Shown one piece after another: positions 11,871 to 24,184 of a stretch of DNA of 64,000 nucleotides. The DNA lies in the NCBI GenBank assembly GCA_977017645.1, contig OZ360238.1, forward strand, positions 39,308,001-39,372,000. Direction: 5' to 3'. The DNA is from Torpedo marmorata. Its lineage: Eukaryota. How positions within the stretch are numbered: the stretch's first letter is position 1; the number at the start of each line of letters is the position of its first letter. Made by a program: the position numbers and the translations under genes. The notes below the pieces were generated by a model. It ran no database searches and had not been told where the DNA came from. It saw nothing but the letters and a program-made list of their open reading frames with translations.

Positions 11871-12338
11871 TGCAGTCTACAGTGTTAACAGGTCATAACC
11901 TGGACTTTCCGATCAGTCTCACCATTCTCTGCCCAAAGGTCAGCTAATGGTATGTATCTTGTTCTGCACTTGTAAAACTGGTGTCACTGTCATGTTCGAA
12001 GAGTTTCTCAGCACTTGCTGCTGAGCTCAAAGGGAGAACAGAAAGTCTTGCATTCTTATTGCATCTTTGAGCGCCTCTGAATGTCCCTGAGCACTAAATC
12101 CATGATTGTGATGTTGGAAACACACAGCGCAGCAGGCTTCCATCATAAGTCGTAGAAAACAAACTATTTACACTCTCTTCTTCAAAAGAGAGTCTTAGAC
12201 AGGCATGTGGATGCAAGAAAAATAGAGGGTTATGAGTGTGAGGTAGGGATAGTTTAGAATGTTGAGTAGGTTATATAGGTCAGCAGAGCATCGTGGGCCA
12301 AAGGGCCTTACTGTGCTGGAATATTCGATGTTCTAAAG

Positions 12339-12714
12339 CAGTGGTTTTCAAACTGCCCCCCTAAACTCACATTCCACTTTAAGCAATCCCTATGCCATAA
12401 GTGCTCTGTGATTGGTAAGGGATTGCTTAAGGTGGTATGTGAGTGGGAAGGAAAGGTTGAGAACCACTGCTCTAGACCCAATTGTTACTGAAATATTTTG
12501 CTTGAGAAAAAATTGTCATTGGCCCATTTCCTTTGGAGTTATGAAACCGTGCACATAACGAGTCAATTAGGTACGATTAAAACAGTGGTTTTCAAACTTT
12601 TTCTTTCCACTCACATACCACCTTAAGCAATCCCTTACTAATCACAGAGCACTTATGGCATAGGGATTGCTTAAGGTGGAATGTGAGTTTATGGGGGCTG
12701 TTTGAAAACCACTG
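12339..12714. mobile_element. hAT (Charlie-like) MITE composite: two ~131-bp self-palindromic units flanking a 113-bp spacer
   Basis: CAGTGGTT...AACCACTG termini at 12339-12469 and 12583-12714; flanks ttctaaag, ctctagac and atctaaaa resemble the NTCTAGAN target. Confidence 0.85.
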
Positions 12715-13522
12715 ATCTAAAATAAGGCTCTGGAAACCATTGAGTCTACTTAACCTGGTTTAATGTGAAAGAGGGTGCCTCCAATGGTACAGCACGCTCC
12801 TGAACCCTCAGTAGAGTGTTACCCTATGATTTTATGTTAAAATCTCTGGAGTATGACATGACCTACAACCTTTCAAATATGTGATACTGCCACGCTTGAG
12901 GTTTCCCGCAAAGGCGAACAATGGGTCCTTGAGTCAGATACCAATTCAGTCTGTAACCAGGGGAAACCAGATTATTGGAGAAGGGGTGAGTGTGGAGGGG
13001 GTTGGGGAGAGCAGAAGTTGGGGAAAGGAGAGTTTGGGAAGAGAATTAAAAAAATAACAGTAAAGGAAAATCTCACAGTTCTCAGACAGCTGCTCTATGT
13101 CCTGCCTCTGATCCCAACTGTGTATAAGCAATGATGGAAATGCAATACTGAGCGACATTATCCTGGTACTGAAACATCACATCACAAAGCCTTGGGACAG
13201 ATGAAATATCAACGAAGCATATCAGAATGTAAACTATATCGAAAGGGGCAGGTTTTTTTATTCAAACAAGCTCTTAGGGTACAATAAATGATATGCCATT
13301 TGGATTACTTAGGATGAATTGAATTTCAAACAGTGCCCTGAAGATACAAGTGTTTTGGAAGATGTTTCGCTAATGGAATTTACATCTGTCTATTGCAAAT
13401 GAGGAAACTCATATCCGTGAACACCAAGCTGCAGAGGGCTTTTGATTCACTCCTGGCTCGGGAGAACGAGAGTACTTGGTGTCTGATGTATTCTGTGCAA
13501 AAAGGACATGAAGCAGAGGCAT

Positions 13523-13758
13523 GGGGTGGCGTGGTTAGCATAGCGGTTAGCGCAACGCTATTACAGCACCAGCGACCGGGGTTCGAATCCGGCACTGTCT
13601 GTAAGGAGTTTGCACGTTCTCCTCGTGTCTGCGTCGGTTTCCTCCCACCCTTCAAAAAAACGTACAGGGTTGCAGTTCAATTGGGTGTAATTGGGCGGCA
13701 CGGGCTCGAGGGCCAGAAGGGTCTGTTACCGTGCTGCCTGTCTAAATTTAAAATAAAT
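13523..13758 (+). mobile_element. V-SINE (HE1-like)
   Basis: tRNA head, V-domain and tail TCTAAATTTAAA. Confidence 0.9.
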
Positions 13759-14114
13759 CCCACAGCTCCTAAGCTTCAGTTGCTCTGGGAAACATCCAGA
13801 AGTTGGCTCCGATTCCCTGTCTCAAGAGTTTTCAGCAAGAGAGACCTTCCCAACAAGAAGAGAGTCCTTAACTCATTCTCCCCCCCAACTATCATGCACC
13901 AGTCCATGTTCTGCGGAGAGGTGTTGGACATTGTGCTCCCCTACGATCAAGCGAACAAGGAGCATCCTGTGGCCTGTTAACTTAATTTGATGTTTGCATG
14001 ACTTTATGACCCACAGACAAGACAAAATGGACAACTAAGTAGTTCTGTGGCAGATACTAATGCGAGGACACCCTACAGCCCACAAACACTTTTGAAGCAA
14101 ACAATGAGAAGTTA

Positions 14115-14370
14115 GGGCGCGGTTAGTGTAGTCGTTAGCACAACGCTATTACAGCGCCTGCGACCCGGGTTCGAATCTGGAGCTGTCTGTAAGGAGATAG
14201 TACGTTCTGCGTGGGTTTCCTCCGGGTGTTCTGGTTTCCTCCCACCCTCCAAAGACGTACGGTTATCAGTAGGTTTATTGGTCACGTGGGTGTATTTGAG
14301 CGGCATGGGCTCATAGGCCAGAAGGGCTGTTACTGTGCTGTATCTCTAAATTAAAAATTAAAATAAAAAA
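14115..14370 (+). mobile_element. V-SINE (HE1-like)
   Basis: Same consensus as the other copies. Confidence 0.9.
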
Positions 14371-14819
14371 TAATTTAAATTTTATTTTAATTTAGACATT
14401 AAGTTGGTGGGACTCAGCTCGACAGGCAAGCATCCATGAAGAGAAATGGGCGGTCGATGTTTTGGGCTGGGACACTTTTTCAAGCCTCGGTTGGGAAGGT
14501 GAAATCAAACATAAAAGGGGCTGGGGCGAAGGGCTAGAGAGAGGCCAAGTGGTAATAAGATTGTAGGAGAGGTGGCGATACAGGTAGGGAAAGAGACCAC
14601 AGGTGGAGGTGGAGGGGTTGGACTACAGGGAAAATGAGTGTGGGAGCAGGTAACAGACAGATGGAATGTGGAACCTTACCTGAAATTGGAAAATCCAATG
14701 TTTATGACCTTTTGAAATGTAGTTACTTTCGTACCATAATGACATGGCAGTCACTATGCACAAAGAATAGAGAACAGTACAACATAGGAACAGCCCCATC
14801 AGCCGATGTGACTCGGCTG

Positions 14820-15520
14820 AGGATGGCCATTGTGTGCAGTTTTGGTCAACTACCTACAGGAAAGATATCAATAAGATTGAAAGAGTGCAGAGAAGATTTA
14901 CAAGGATGTTTCCAGAACTTGAGGACCTAAAATATGGGGAAAGGTTAAACAGCTTAGAACTTTATTCCTTGGAACATTGAATCAGAATCAGAATTTATTG
15001 TCATGAACAAGTCACGAAATTTGGTGTTTTGCGGCAGCATCATAGTGCAAACATTCATATTATAACCATCTTACAACAATAATATTTAAAAAAAAATAAT
15101 AAAAAAAAAAATAGTAGTGCACGAAAAGTAAGGCATTGGAGAATGAAGGGAGATTTGATAGAGGTATGCAAAATTATGAGGGGTATAGATAGAGTAAATG
15201 CAAGCAGGCTTTTTTCACTGAGGTTGGGTGGGACAAGTACAAGAGCACGTGGGTTAAGGGTGAAAGGTGAAATGTTTTAAAGAGATCATTAGAGGGAACT
15301 TCTTCACGCAGAGAGTGGTGATGGTATGTAATGAGCTGAAGTGGTGAATGCGGGCTCCATTTCGATATATAAGAAAAAAAAATTTGATAGGTACATGGAT
15401 GGGATGGGTATGGAGGGCTATGGTCCAGGTGCAGGTCAATGGGACTAGGCAGAATAATAGTTCAGCACAGACTAGATGGACCAAAGGGTCTGTTTCTATG
15501 TAGTAGTGATCTATGGTTCT
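14820..15520 (+). mobile_element. CR1 3' fragment with a nested Rex1 tail
   Basis: tgtgtgcagttttggtc, gagatttgatagaggtatgcaaaattatgaggggtatagatagagt, and a CR1-type 3' end. Confidence 0.85.
14980..15133 (-). mobile_element. Rex1 family A insertion comprising only the 3' UTR
   Basis: Reverse complement of the family A tail; 5-bp TSD cattg at 14975-14979 and 15134-15138. Confidence 0.88.
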
Positions 15521-15539
15521 GTGATGCCCAAGTTAAGGT

Positions 15540-16510
15540 AAAACTCTGCTGCTTGCATGTGATAAATATCCCTCTGTTCCCTGCAATATTCATGTACTGT
15601 CTATATCTAGAAGCCTCTGAAACTCTGTGCTTCCATCATTACCCCTGGCAGCCCATCCCAGGCTGTGTAAAAAGTTGTTCTGCACATTTCCCTTAAACTT
15701 TCCCCCAACATCTTAAATGCATGTCCTCTAATATGTGACAATTTAACCTGGGAAAAAGATTCTGACTGTCTACATTATCCACACCTCTCATAATTTTATA
15801 AACTTCCATGAGGTCTCTCTTCAGCATCTGATACTTCAGAGGAAAACAATCCGAATTTGTCTAACCTTCCAGCTCATACCCTCCAATCCAGGCAGCATTT
15901 TGGTAAATCTCTTCTGTACCATTGCCAAAGTCTCCACATCCTTCCTGTAATGGAATGACCAGAATTCCACACAACACCCCAAGTCTGACTTCACCAAAGT
16001 TTTATATAGCTGCCACATGGCTTCCTTACTCTTCCACTCAATGTCCCAACCAATGAAGGCAAGTATCCCATATAGCAAATACCCAGAGGATATCGATTTA
16101 AGGTGAATACAGGAAAGTTTGGGAGAGATGTCAGAGGTAAGTTTTTTTTTTTTTTTACAGAGAGTGGAGGATACGTGGAATGCATTGCCAGGGGTGGTGG
16201 TGGACGCTGGTGCAATAGGGACAGTTAAAAGACTCTTAAGACAGGCACATGGATGGAATAAAACTAGAGGGTTATGGGCATGAGGGAGGGAATGATTCGA
16301 TTGTTGTGGAGTAAGTTTACATGGGTTGGCACAACATCATGGACCGAAGAGCCTGTATTGTGCTGTAATTTTCCACGTTATTCCATATACCTTCTTTACC
16401 ACCCTACTTAATTGTGTTGTCTCCTCCAGGGTGCTATGGATGTGGACCTCCAGATCCTTCTGTACATCAACACTGTCCTGCCATTAACCGTGCACCTTCC
16501 CCTTGCATTT
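15540..16510 (-). mobile_element. CR1 fragment with a plus-strand CR1 3' end nested at about 16080-16380
   Basis: Peptide YGILAFIGWDIEWKSKEAMWQLYKTLV...FTKMLPGLE; the minus-strand element resumes after about 16385. Confidence 0.75.
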
Positions 16511-16852
16511 GGCCTCTCAAAGCGCAACACTTTGGGATGTTGGGTATTTTTTCAATAATGCCCAGCTCACAGTAGACTCTGCTTCACTCCAGACACAGAA
16601 CTGATGTTCCAATGCATGATTTATCCGAATCATGTCGAGGAATATATATGCCAGAACACAGGAAGGCACAGGCCAGGAAGAGAACATCACAATCTGCTGG
16701 ATTAGCTCCACAGTTCACAGAGCAGCCGTGCCTCACACTCTTCAGAAACATCCTCTGCCCACTTGCCGACCACCCAGCAGGACTGCTCTGCAAAATAAAC
16801 CCTCTCGGTGAAGCTCAGCACAGTTTTCAGCGGGCAAGCAATGCTTCTGACT

Positions 16853-17108
16853 TTTTTTTTAAAATTTCCACATACAGCACTGTAACAGGCCCTTCCGGCT
16901 CATGAGCCCGTGCCGCCCAATTACACCAATTAGCCTACAACCCCCAGACGTTTTGAAGGATGGGAGGAAACTGGACAACCCGGGGAAAACGCATGCACGC
17001 AGACACGGGGAGAATGTAAAAACTCCATACAGACAGCGCCGGATTTGAACCCGGGGTTGCTGGCGCTGTAATAGCATTGCGCTAACCTCTGCACTAACCG
17101 TGCCGCCC
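16853..17108 (-). mobile_element. V-SINE (HE1-like)
   Basis: Full head and V-domain; A-rich tail at the 16853 end. Confidence 0.9.
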
Positions 17109-17900
17109 AATAGCCTTGCAGAAATGAATAGTCTTGCACAACAGTCAGTTCTTGGTTAAATGTGAGAAGAGGGACCATCACTCGGTGCTTTCCACTGATG
17201 GGAACTTTCAAACCATTCCCATCCAGGAACAATGATGGCAACACCAAAAACTCTGCATCTCAGCAGCCTCCAACTCCAGAAGAACACATAGAAGAACAGC
17301 CAGAAGTCATTTTCTCCTGTCCTGTAGTCCCGACTCTCTGGAGTGAAAGGTCAGCGCAGCACGATGGGCCAAAGGCTGGTCTATTCTATGTTCTTTGAAA
17401 GTCAACAGACTGTTGATTGGTGAAGGCCATCTCATTAGCTTGGATCTCTTCTCACCCAAACCCCCAGCCCCACACACTGCGCTCAACAGCTGATGTTGCC
17501 GGGACAAGCCTTTCGCTTGCAGGTCATACTGTCCATCAGCGATGTCACTTGAGGACCTCACCATTTGGCTGGTTGTTGCAAGAATTTGTGCAACAGGTCA
17601 ACAACGACTGACAAGATTAGGAGCAAGGAAAACAGGCATTAGACATCCAGTGGGGATGATTTGGATAACTCTCTGCACCGGGCCACCCGTATCAACAGCA
17701 GAAGGGAAACTGGTGACAAGTCCCAGGACTTGTTTTTCACAACTTTAAGAATTGACTGTTCTGCAAGACTATTCGAGTCAGAAGCATTGCTTGCCTGCTG
17801 AAAACTTGTCTTGAGCTTCACCGAAGGGGTTTTATTTTCTTGAAATAAAAAACAAATTCAAATGTACAACGGCGTCGGCGGCTTCCGCGCTCTCACTCAC

Positions 17901-18119
17901 CTCTGGGCTCTTCCGCTTGTTTGGCGAGTTTGCGGAGGGCAGCCGCGAAGCTGGCAGAGTGCGCTGACGGTACGGGTAAGGTGCTGTTAGCTGCCGGGCT
18001 GCCATTGGGCACCATGGAGCCATTGAGGGAGGAAGGGTTGAGGGGGCTTACGGTGGCTGTCGTCCGAGTCGCAGTCGAGATCATTCCTAGTGAAGGTGAC
18101 TTTGGCTCATGGCTCATGC
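17901..18119 (-). CDS. GSE1: Internal coding exon of genetic suppressor element 1 (GSE1-family coiled-coil protein), equivalent to human exon 2; 219 nt, phase 1-1
   Basis: Translation [41 protein letters not shown]...[17 protein letters not shown] closely matches the recalled vertebrate GSE1 N-terminus. Acceptor tcccctgacctctag|GCATG at 18120/18119 and donor AGAG|gtgagt at 17901/17900. Ortholog versus paralog cannot be resolved. The next exon (GSSLSSESSP...) was not found in the window. Confidence 0.92.
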
Positions 18120-18249
18120 CTAGAGGTCAGGGGAATACAAGGGGGAGGGGGTTGGGAAGAGGGGAGGGGGAGAAAAAGGAGAGAAGATTTAGATTAAAAA
18201 AAATACTAAATCCCCCTTCCTCAGCTCTCTGAAGCACATGATTTGTGTG

Positions 18250-18478
18250 TTTTTTTTAGACGTAAGCACGGTAACAGGCCCTTCCGGCCCACGAGCCTGT
18301 GCTGCCCAAATACACCAATTAACCTATAACGTTTTGAAGTGTGGGAGGAAACCGGAGCACCCGGAGGAAACCCATGCAGTCATGGGAAGAATGTACAAAC
18401 TCCTTACAGACAGCGCCGGATTCTAACCTGGGTCGCTGTAATAGCGTTGCGCTAACCGCAACGTTAACCGTGCCGCCC
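18250..18478 (-). mobile_element. V-SINE (HE1-like), 130 bp upstream of the GSE1 exon
   Basis: Consensus match. Confidence 0.9.
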
Positions 18479-19469
18479 TGTGCTCTTTAGGTTGCAATGA
18501 GTTGTATTTATCCTTAATATTTCATAACCAAACCTCTAATTTATGAGGAAACATTATTGAATTAAATGGCTAAATTCTGAATGAATCCGGCAGAGGACAC
18601 ACATCACAGGTATTATTTGCTATTCATTCACTGGATGGGATCACCGTGCACGGTCCACCCCTGTATGCCCTTGAAGTTCTTTGCTTGTCAGGCTGTTAAT
18701 CAGGGTGCCAAAGGCTCAAGCACGTTGCTGTGGACCCAAGTCAAGGAAAAAATAGGCCAGATCGGGGAATGGTAACAGATTTATTTTCCTAACCGGCAGG
18801 GCTAATGCCAGGCAAATGGAATGAGCATGGCTTGGCAACTTGGTCAACACGCTCGAGATAGGCTGAAGGGCCTGCTCTGTGCTGTATGAGCCTATGCATC
18901 TAATTACAATTCAATAGCTTGGACATCATTATCGACACCAACTTTTTACTTACTGATTTATTTATTATATTCCCAAACTATTTTGCTGTCATTTGAACTC
19001 AAGGCCAGGCCCCTGGTTTGCTTGTCTTGTAAGCAATGTGCCACAGTCTCCGCGTGCGTCTGCTTATATCAAGAAAGAGGCCATTTGTCCTTTCGATTCT
19101 GTGGGGACTCCCGGTACAGCAATCATATCACTCCTGTTCTCTCATGCAAAACTTGTGTATGCAAACACATATTCACTCATACATATACACAGGCACTGAG
19201 GCAGCCCCTCAGATGGAAGATGGCTTGCTTCCAATCCTTGGCATTGGTAAGGCCCACAGATTATCACAGATGGATCAGAAGCTGCTTCAAGAGGTGGGGT
19301 GGATGGGGGAGGTGGGTGGATGGGTAGTTTGGGAGATGGTGCTCTTTGTCCATCATTTACACTTAAGCCTTCCAACCAAAAGACTCAACATTCTTCATTG
19401 TACAGCTAGCATTGGGAGTCTGCTGTGGTAGTATACATCACCAAAGTACCCAGGAGAACAGCATTCCCA

Positions 19470-19720
19470 CACCTTTTGCATAGTCTAATAGTATCTGCCT
19501 CCACCACCACCTCTGGGAGTTTGTTCCAGATATTCACCACCCTCTGTGTGAAAAACTTACCTCTCAGACCTCCTTTAAATTTCTCCTCTCTCACCCTGAA
19601 TCTCTGTCATCTAGTTCCAGACTCTCCTGGGAAAAAGGTTCTTACTATCGATCCTATCTGTGTTCCTATAAGTTTGTAGACCTCTTTGCAGCCACACTTT
19701 AGCTCTTCTGTTGAAGTGAG
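19470..19720 (-). mobile_element. CR1 fragment
   Basis: Peptide KFKGGLRGKFFTQRVVNIWNKLPEVVVEADT. Confidence 0.8.
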
Positions 19721-19799
19721 AATAAACCCAGCCTCGCTCATCTCTCCTGATGACTAATGCCTGTGTGTATGCGTGGACTGAAACGCACAGGCTCGCATC

Positions 19800-20200
19800 T
19801 ATAAATGCACACAAATATACTGTATATACAGACCCGCATACAAACACACACACACAAAGCATTCAAGTGCCTCTGCACAGATGTAGATCTGCATACCCCC
19901 AGCATACATACACACACATACACGCACACAGCTTCTGATGCACACGCAAACATCAATATACACACACACACAGCCTTTAACGCACAGCAAACACGAACAC
20001 ACATGCATGCACACACACACAGACACTAATGCACAAACAAACATGAATAAACGTACATGTGCGCACACACATAGCCTCTAATGCACAAACACAAATGAAC
20101 ACACACACACCGCCTCTAATGGACACACAAACACGAATAAACACACATGCGTGCGCACACAAAGACAGCCTCTAATGCACGCACACACACACACGCACGC
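19800..20200. repeat. Complex (CA)n-derived repeat with recurring gcctctaatgcac
   Basis: Read directly. Confidence 0.85.
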
Positions 20201-20639
20201 ATCCAAGCCACGGTTTTCTCCTGCACAGAGACAGCCTTCTTCAGCACTTTGTCAAGCTGGAGAAGCCAGCCTATTGAGCAGATTTACAAGACCATCAATT
20301 CTGGCATCTGACCCTCAACGTCCTCTCACTGGAAAAAACACACATCAAACATGATAGCAATTACACTTTCCTGTGAACCCAGAATAGGAGTGTTGGCACC
20401 AGATTAGAAATAGCTGTCTGTGGAAGGACACTTCCAAGGGAGCCTTTGCCCTCTGCCCGTCTTATGGACGATATATGACAGGCAGTGATGGTGGAAAGGT
20501 GAAATGTGGCTGTGGAAGCACTTACACTGGCATAAATCTGCTTCAGCTCCACATTCTACCCACACACAATACATTAATCTCTGTAAATCATGGACTGATA
20601 GGAATTCTTGCTTCTTTCTTGTAAGTTTAAGAGTCAGAG

Positions 20640-21010
20640 AGTCAAACAGCATGGAATCAGGCCATTTGGCCCTCGATGTGTGTGCTGGCCAGTGATTAAT
20701 CCACCGTTTAGCACTTGGATCCGTTGCCTTCTGTGCCTCGGCAATTTAAGTGCTCATCTCGACTTTTCTTAAATGTTACCAACAATTCTGCTTCCATTAC
20801 TCTTGCAGACAGTGCATTTAAGGTACTGCATACTCTCTGGGAGAGTGGGGGGTTTTAAAGGAGATGTACGGGGCAAGTTTTTTTTTTTTTTTTTTTTACA
20901 CAGAGTGGTGGGTGACTGGAACGGGCTGCCAGGTTTAGTGGTGGAAGCAGGTACGATCATGGCATTCCAGATAAACACATGAATATGCAGGGAATTGAGA
21001 GATATGTATC
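20640..21010. mobile_element. Two opposed CR1 3' fragments
   Basis: Plus strand FKGDVRGKFF..HRVVGDWNGLPGLVVEAGT; minus-strand CR1 end at about 20640-20800. Confidence 0.65.
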
Positions 21011-21034
21011 ATTTTCTTTTATAAAATACCTTAT

Positions 21035-21272
21035 TTTTTTAAATGTATTTACAGCATAGTAGAAGCCATTGAAACCATGCCGACCAATTACACCCAAATT
21101 AAACTACAACCCCGTACAATTTTGGAACGTGGGAGGAAACTGGAGCACCCGAGGAAAACCCACGCAGACACAAGGAGAACTTACAAACTCCTTACAGACA
21201 GCGCCAGATTTGAACCCGGGCTGCTGGCGCTGTAATAGCAATGCGCTAACTGCTTCGCTAACCGTGCCGCCC
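21035..21272 (-). mobile_element. V-SINE
   Basis: Consensus match. Confidence 0.88.
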
Positions 21273-21427
21273 AAATGCAGCGAGTAAGAATTTCACTGCA
21301 TACGTGCATTGTACGATGTATATGACAATAAAGTCATTATCATTTGCAAGCAGCAAAATTGTCGATTAATCTGTGCATCGTGTTCAGCACAGAAATCATG
21401 GGCTGAAGGGTCTGTTCCTATACTGTA

Positions 21428-21681
21428 TTTTTTTTTTTGGAGATGCAGCACGACAATAGTCCCTTCCGGCCCACGAGCCCGCGCTGCCCAAATACAACCA
21501 CGTGACCAATAACCTACTAACCCCATATGTCTTTGGAATGTGGAAGAAAACTGAAGCATCCGGAGGAAACCAACGCAGACAGGGGGAAGAAAGAACAAAC
21601 TGCTTACAGACAGCTCCAGATACGAACCCAGATCGCTGGCGCTGTAATAGCATTGTGCTAACCGCTACGCTAACCGTGCCA
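21428..21681 (-). mobile_element. V-SINE
   Basis: Consensus match. Confidence 0.88.
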
Positions 21682-22204
21682 TACTGCCCTGTGTTTAGCA
21701 GATTCCAAAGAACTTTACAACTGATGAATTACTTCTTGAATTTCAGTCATATAAGATGAGATGGCAGCCAATTTGTTGAAATACCTGTTCTCCAGGAAAA
21801 CAACAGCAAAAGTGATCAGTTCACCTCTCTTGGTGGTGTGTGGGTAAAAGGAAGCTGGTGGACATGGACAATGTCAGCAGTGCACTGTAGCTGGTGGAGT
21901 AGAGCTTAATAACAAAATACAATTAGCAAATGGAGATGGATTGTGTGAGAGTTGTGCACCATTAGCTGGCAGAGATGGGCTTCACAAGAGTGATGGAGAA
22001 AGAGAATGCAGAGGCCAGATAATTCATCCCCTGAGGCTCTCGAGCAGAATTGCTACATTTCACCCAAAGCAAACACAATGTAAGAAATCAGACTTTGTTA
22101 GCAAGCACAAACCAGCATCACAACCACATGCGGGAGAGGAGCGCATAACATGTCGTTGATAATCACACAACCTCTTAAAGCCGGTGATGAAAGAAAAATC
22201 TTCA

Positions 22205-22907
22205 AACCCCTCTGAATGACCACCCTCCACTACACATCAATAACTCTATAGTGGAGAGGGTAGAGAGCACCAAGTTCCTTGGAGACCACTTAACAAGTGA
22301 CCTATCGTGGACACACAACATCTCCTCACTTGTCAGGAAGGTGCCACAGCAACTGCACTTCCTGAGAAGACTGAAGTGGGCAAGGCTACTGGCCACCATC
22401 ATGTCAACCTTTTACAGGAGCTCTATTGAGAGCGTCCTGGCCGGCTGCATCACAGTGTGGTACAGTTGCTGCGGAGAAATGGATCGGAGGTCAAACCACA
22501 GGACCATAATCGACGTGATCTACTGGGTTTGTGGTCTGAAGAAGGCGCGCAAAATCATTGAGGACCCCCACCAACCCGCACACAGCATCTTTCAGCTACT
22601 CCCATCGGGAAAAGGATACAGAAGTATCAGAGAAAGCACCACCACGCTGAGAAACAGCTTCTTCCCACGGGCAGTGAGAATGCTGAACGACCAAAGGAAC
22701 TGCTCACACTAACCATCCAAGACTCTCATATTAACAAAACAATATTTATTTATTTTTATATATGTATATTTGTCCTGCGTATGTATTGATTATCTGTATG
22801 TGTGTTATTTCTGGCTTTGTGTTTGCATGTTTTGCACGGAGGACTGCAGAATGCTGTTTTGTCAGGATGTACTTGTGCAATTGAATGATAATAAACTTGA
22901 ACTTGAT
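22205..22907 (+). mobile_element. Rex1-like LINE family B, 3' fragment
   Basis: Peptide VERVESTKFLG.HLTSDLSW...FYRSSIESVL...RNSFFPRAVRMLN; tail AATAAA(CTTGAA)n. Confidence 0.88.
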
Positions 22908-24184
22908 ACTATGTTACTGGATGGAATAGAGTATATGGTCCTACACAGATCGTGATGGATTCAACATTAAAACAGCTGTCTTTAAGAAGCTATATTCCCT
23001 CAGACACTAAAGTATTGGCACCACTTTACAGTGAAATGGTGGTTCAAGCAAGAAGGGGTAAACATCAGTCACTTTTAATGAGGCTCCACCATATCCTCCC
23101 AACAACAGAATGGCTTCTTGTCTGCGATACCAATTTATGGTGTCAGCAGCTGGGAATGCATTACTTTGCTCTCTGTATTTGACCGATGAGATGCGCTTGT
23201 GCGCCTGCTCTGTCGGGAGAGCAGGGGGCTTGGTGCCCAGCAGCAAGAACTGGAGCGCGTCCTCAAATTCACCGAGACCAAGAGAGCTCCACCTGCCCAC
23301 GGGGGCAGAATGAAAGACCAAACCCTGCCACTCCCCGGCCCGCTCACATCCAACCTCCCTGCACGCCATGCTCCTCAGTGGCTCTCCCCATTTTACTTCA
23401 TCAACACCCCACCTCCACATTAGTGCACACTAATCACAGATTCACTGCTTCCTGCCACTTCCTAATTACAAAACCCCAGTCCCCAGCAGACTTCTGACTT
23501 CAAACTGCATTCTGCGATCACCGTGCACTGTAATTACAAACTAATAGTTTGGATGAATTTTTTTTTTTTTTTTTTTTGCTCGATCCACGCAGAACCCCTC
23601 CAGGATAATTATACCCTGGAGCGCCAGGCTGGCAGGTCTCCAACTTAATCGCAGGCACACATTTGTGTCCTGCACTACATAATAATCTCTCTTGACAATT
23701 TTCATTACAATTGGAAAAATGTTGAACAAATAAACAGCATTATTTAGCTGCCTCCTTCATCTCAGACAATGTGCTGTTCCCCTGAAGGCCGGTGCTCTGC
23801 ATATTAACAGTCATAGGCCACTATATATGCCATGCACATGATCTCATATGACATTCAGCTGATGTCTCTAGTCGAATTCTTAGGTTGATTATTATAAAAC
23901 TATTGTGCTTGCAGAGGTTTCTTTCCTCCATTTATGTCCTGCTATATTTTTGTGAAGAGCCTTTATTATTTGTGGAATCACCAAGTTCTTCTCCTCGACT
24001 TTCCTTGCTACCTCCTCATCAAAAGCTTTGGAGTTTGCTCCACTCCTTCTCTTCACTCCTCTCTGTCCCCCTTTCCACCCACCCAATCCCAGAGAACAAT
24101 CCGCCCACTTTTGACAGGTGGTTTGGTGATGGTTCAGCCACATCACCTCATGGTCAAAACCCAGGGAACTGAAAACAGTAAGGC

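Noticed and set aside
13523-13600. tRNA genes
   Set aside because: The tRNA-like A/B boxes are SINE heads followed by the V-domain.
19611-20354. Cys/Val- and His/Thr-rich ORFs (also near 40620, 58600; Leu/Ser-rich near 54459)
   Set aside because: Translations of dinucleotide repeats.
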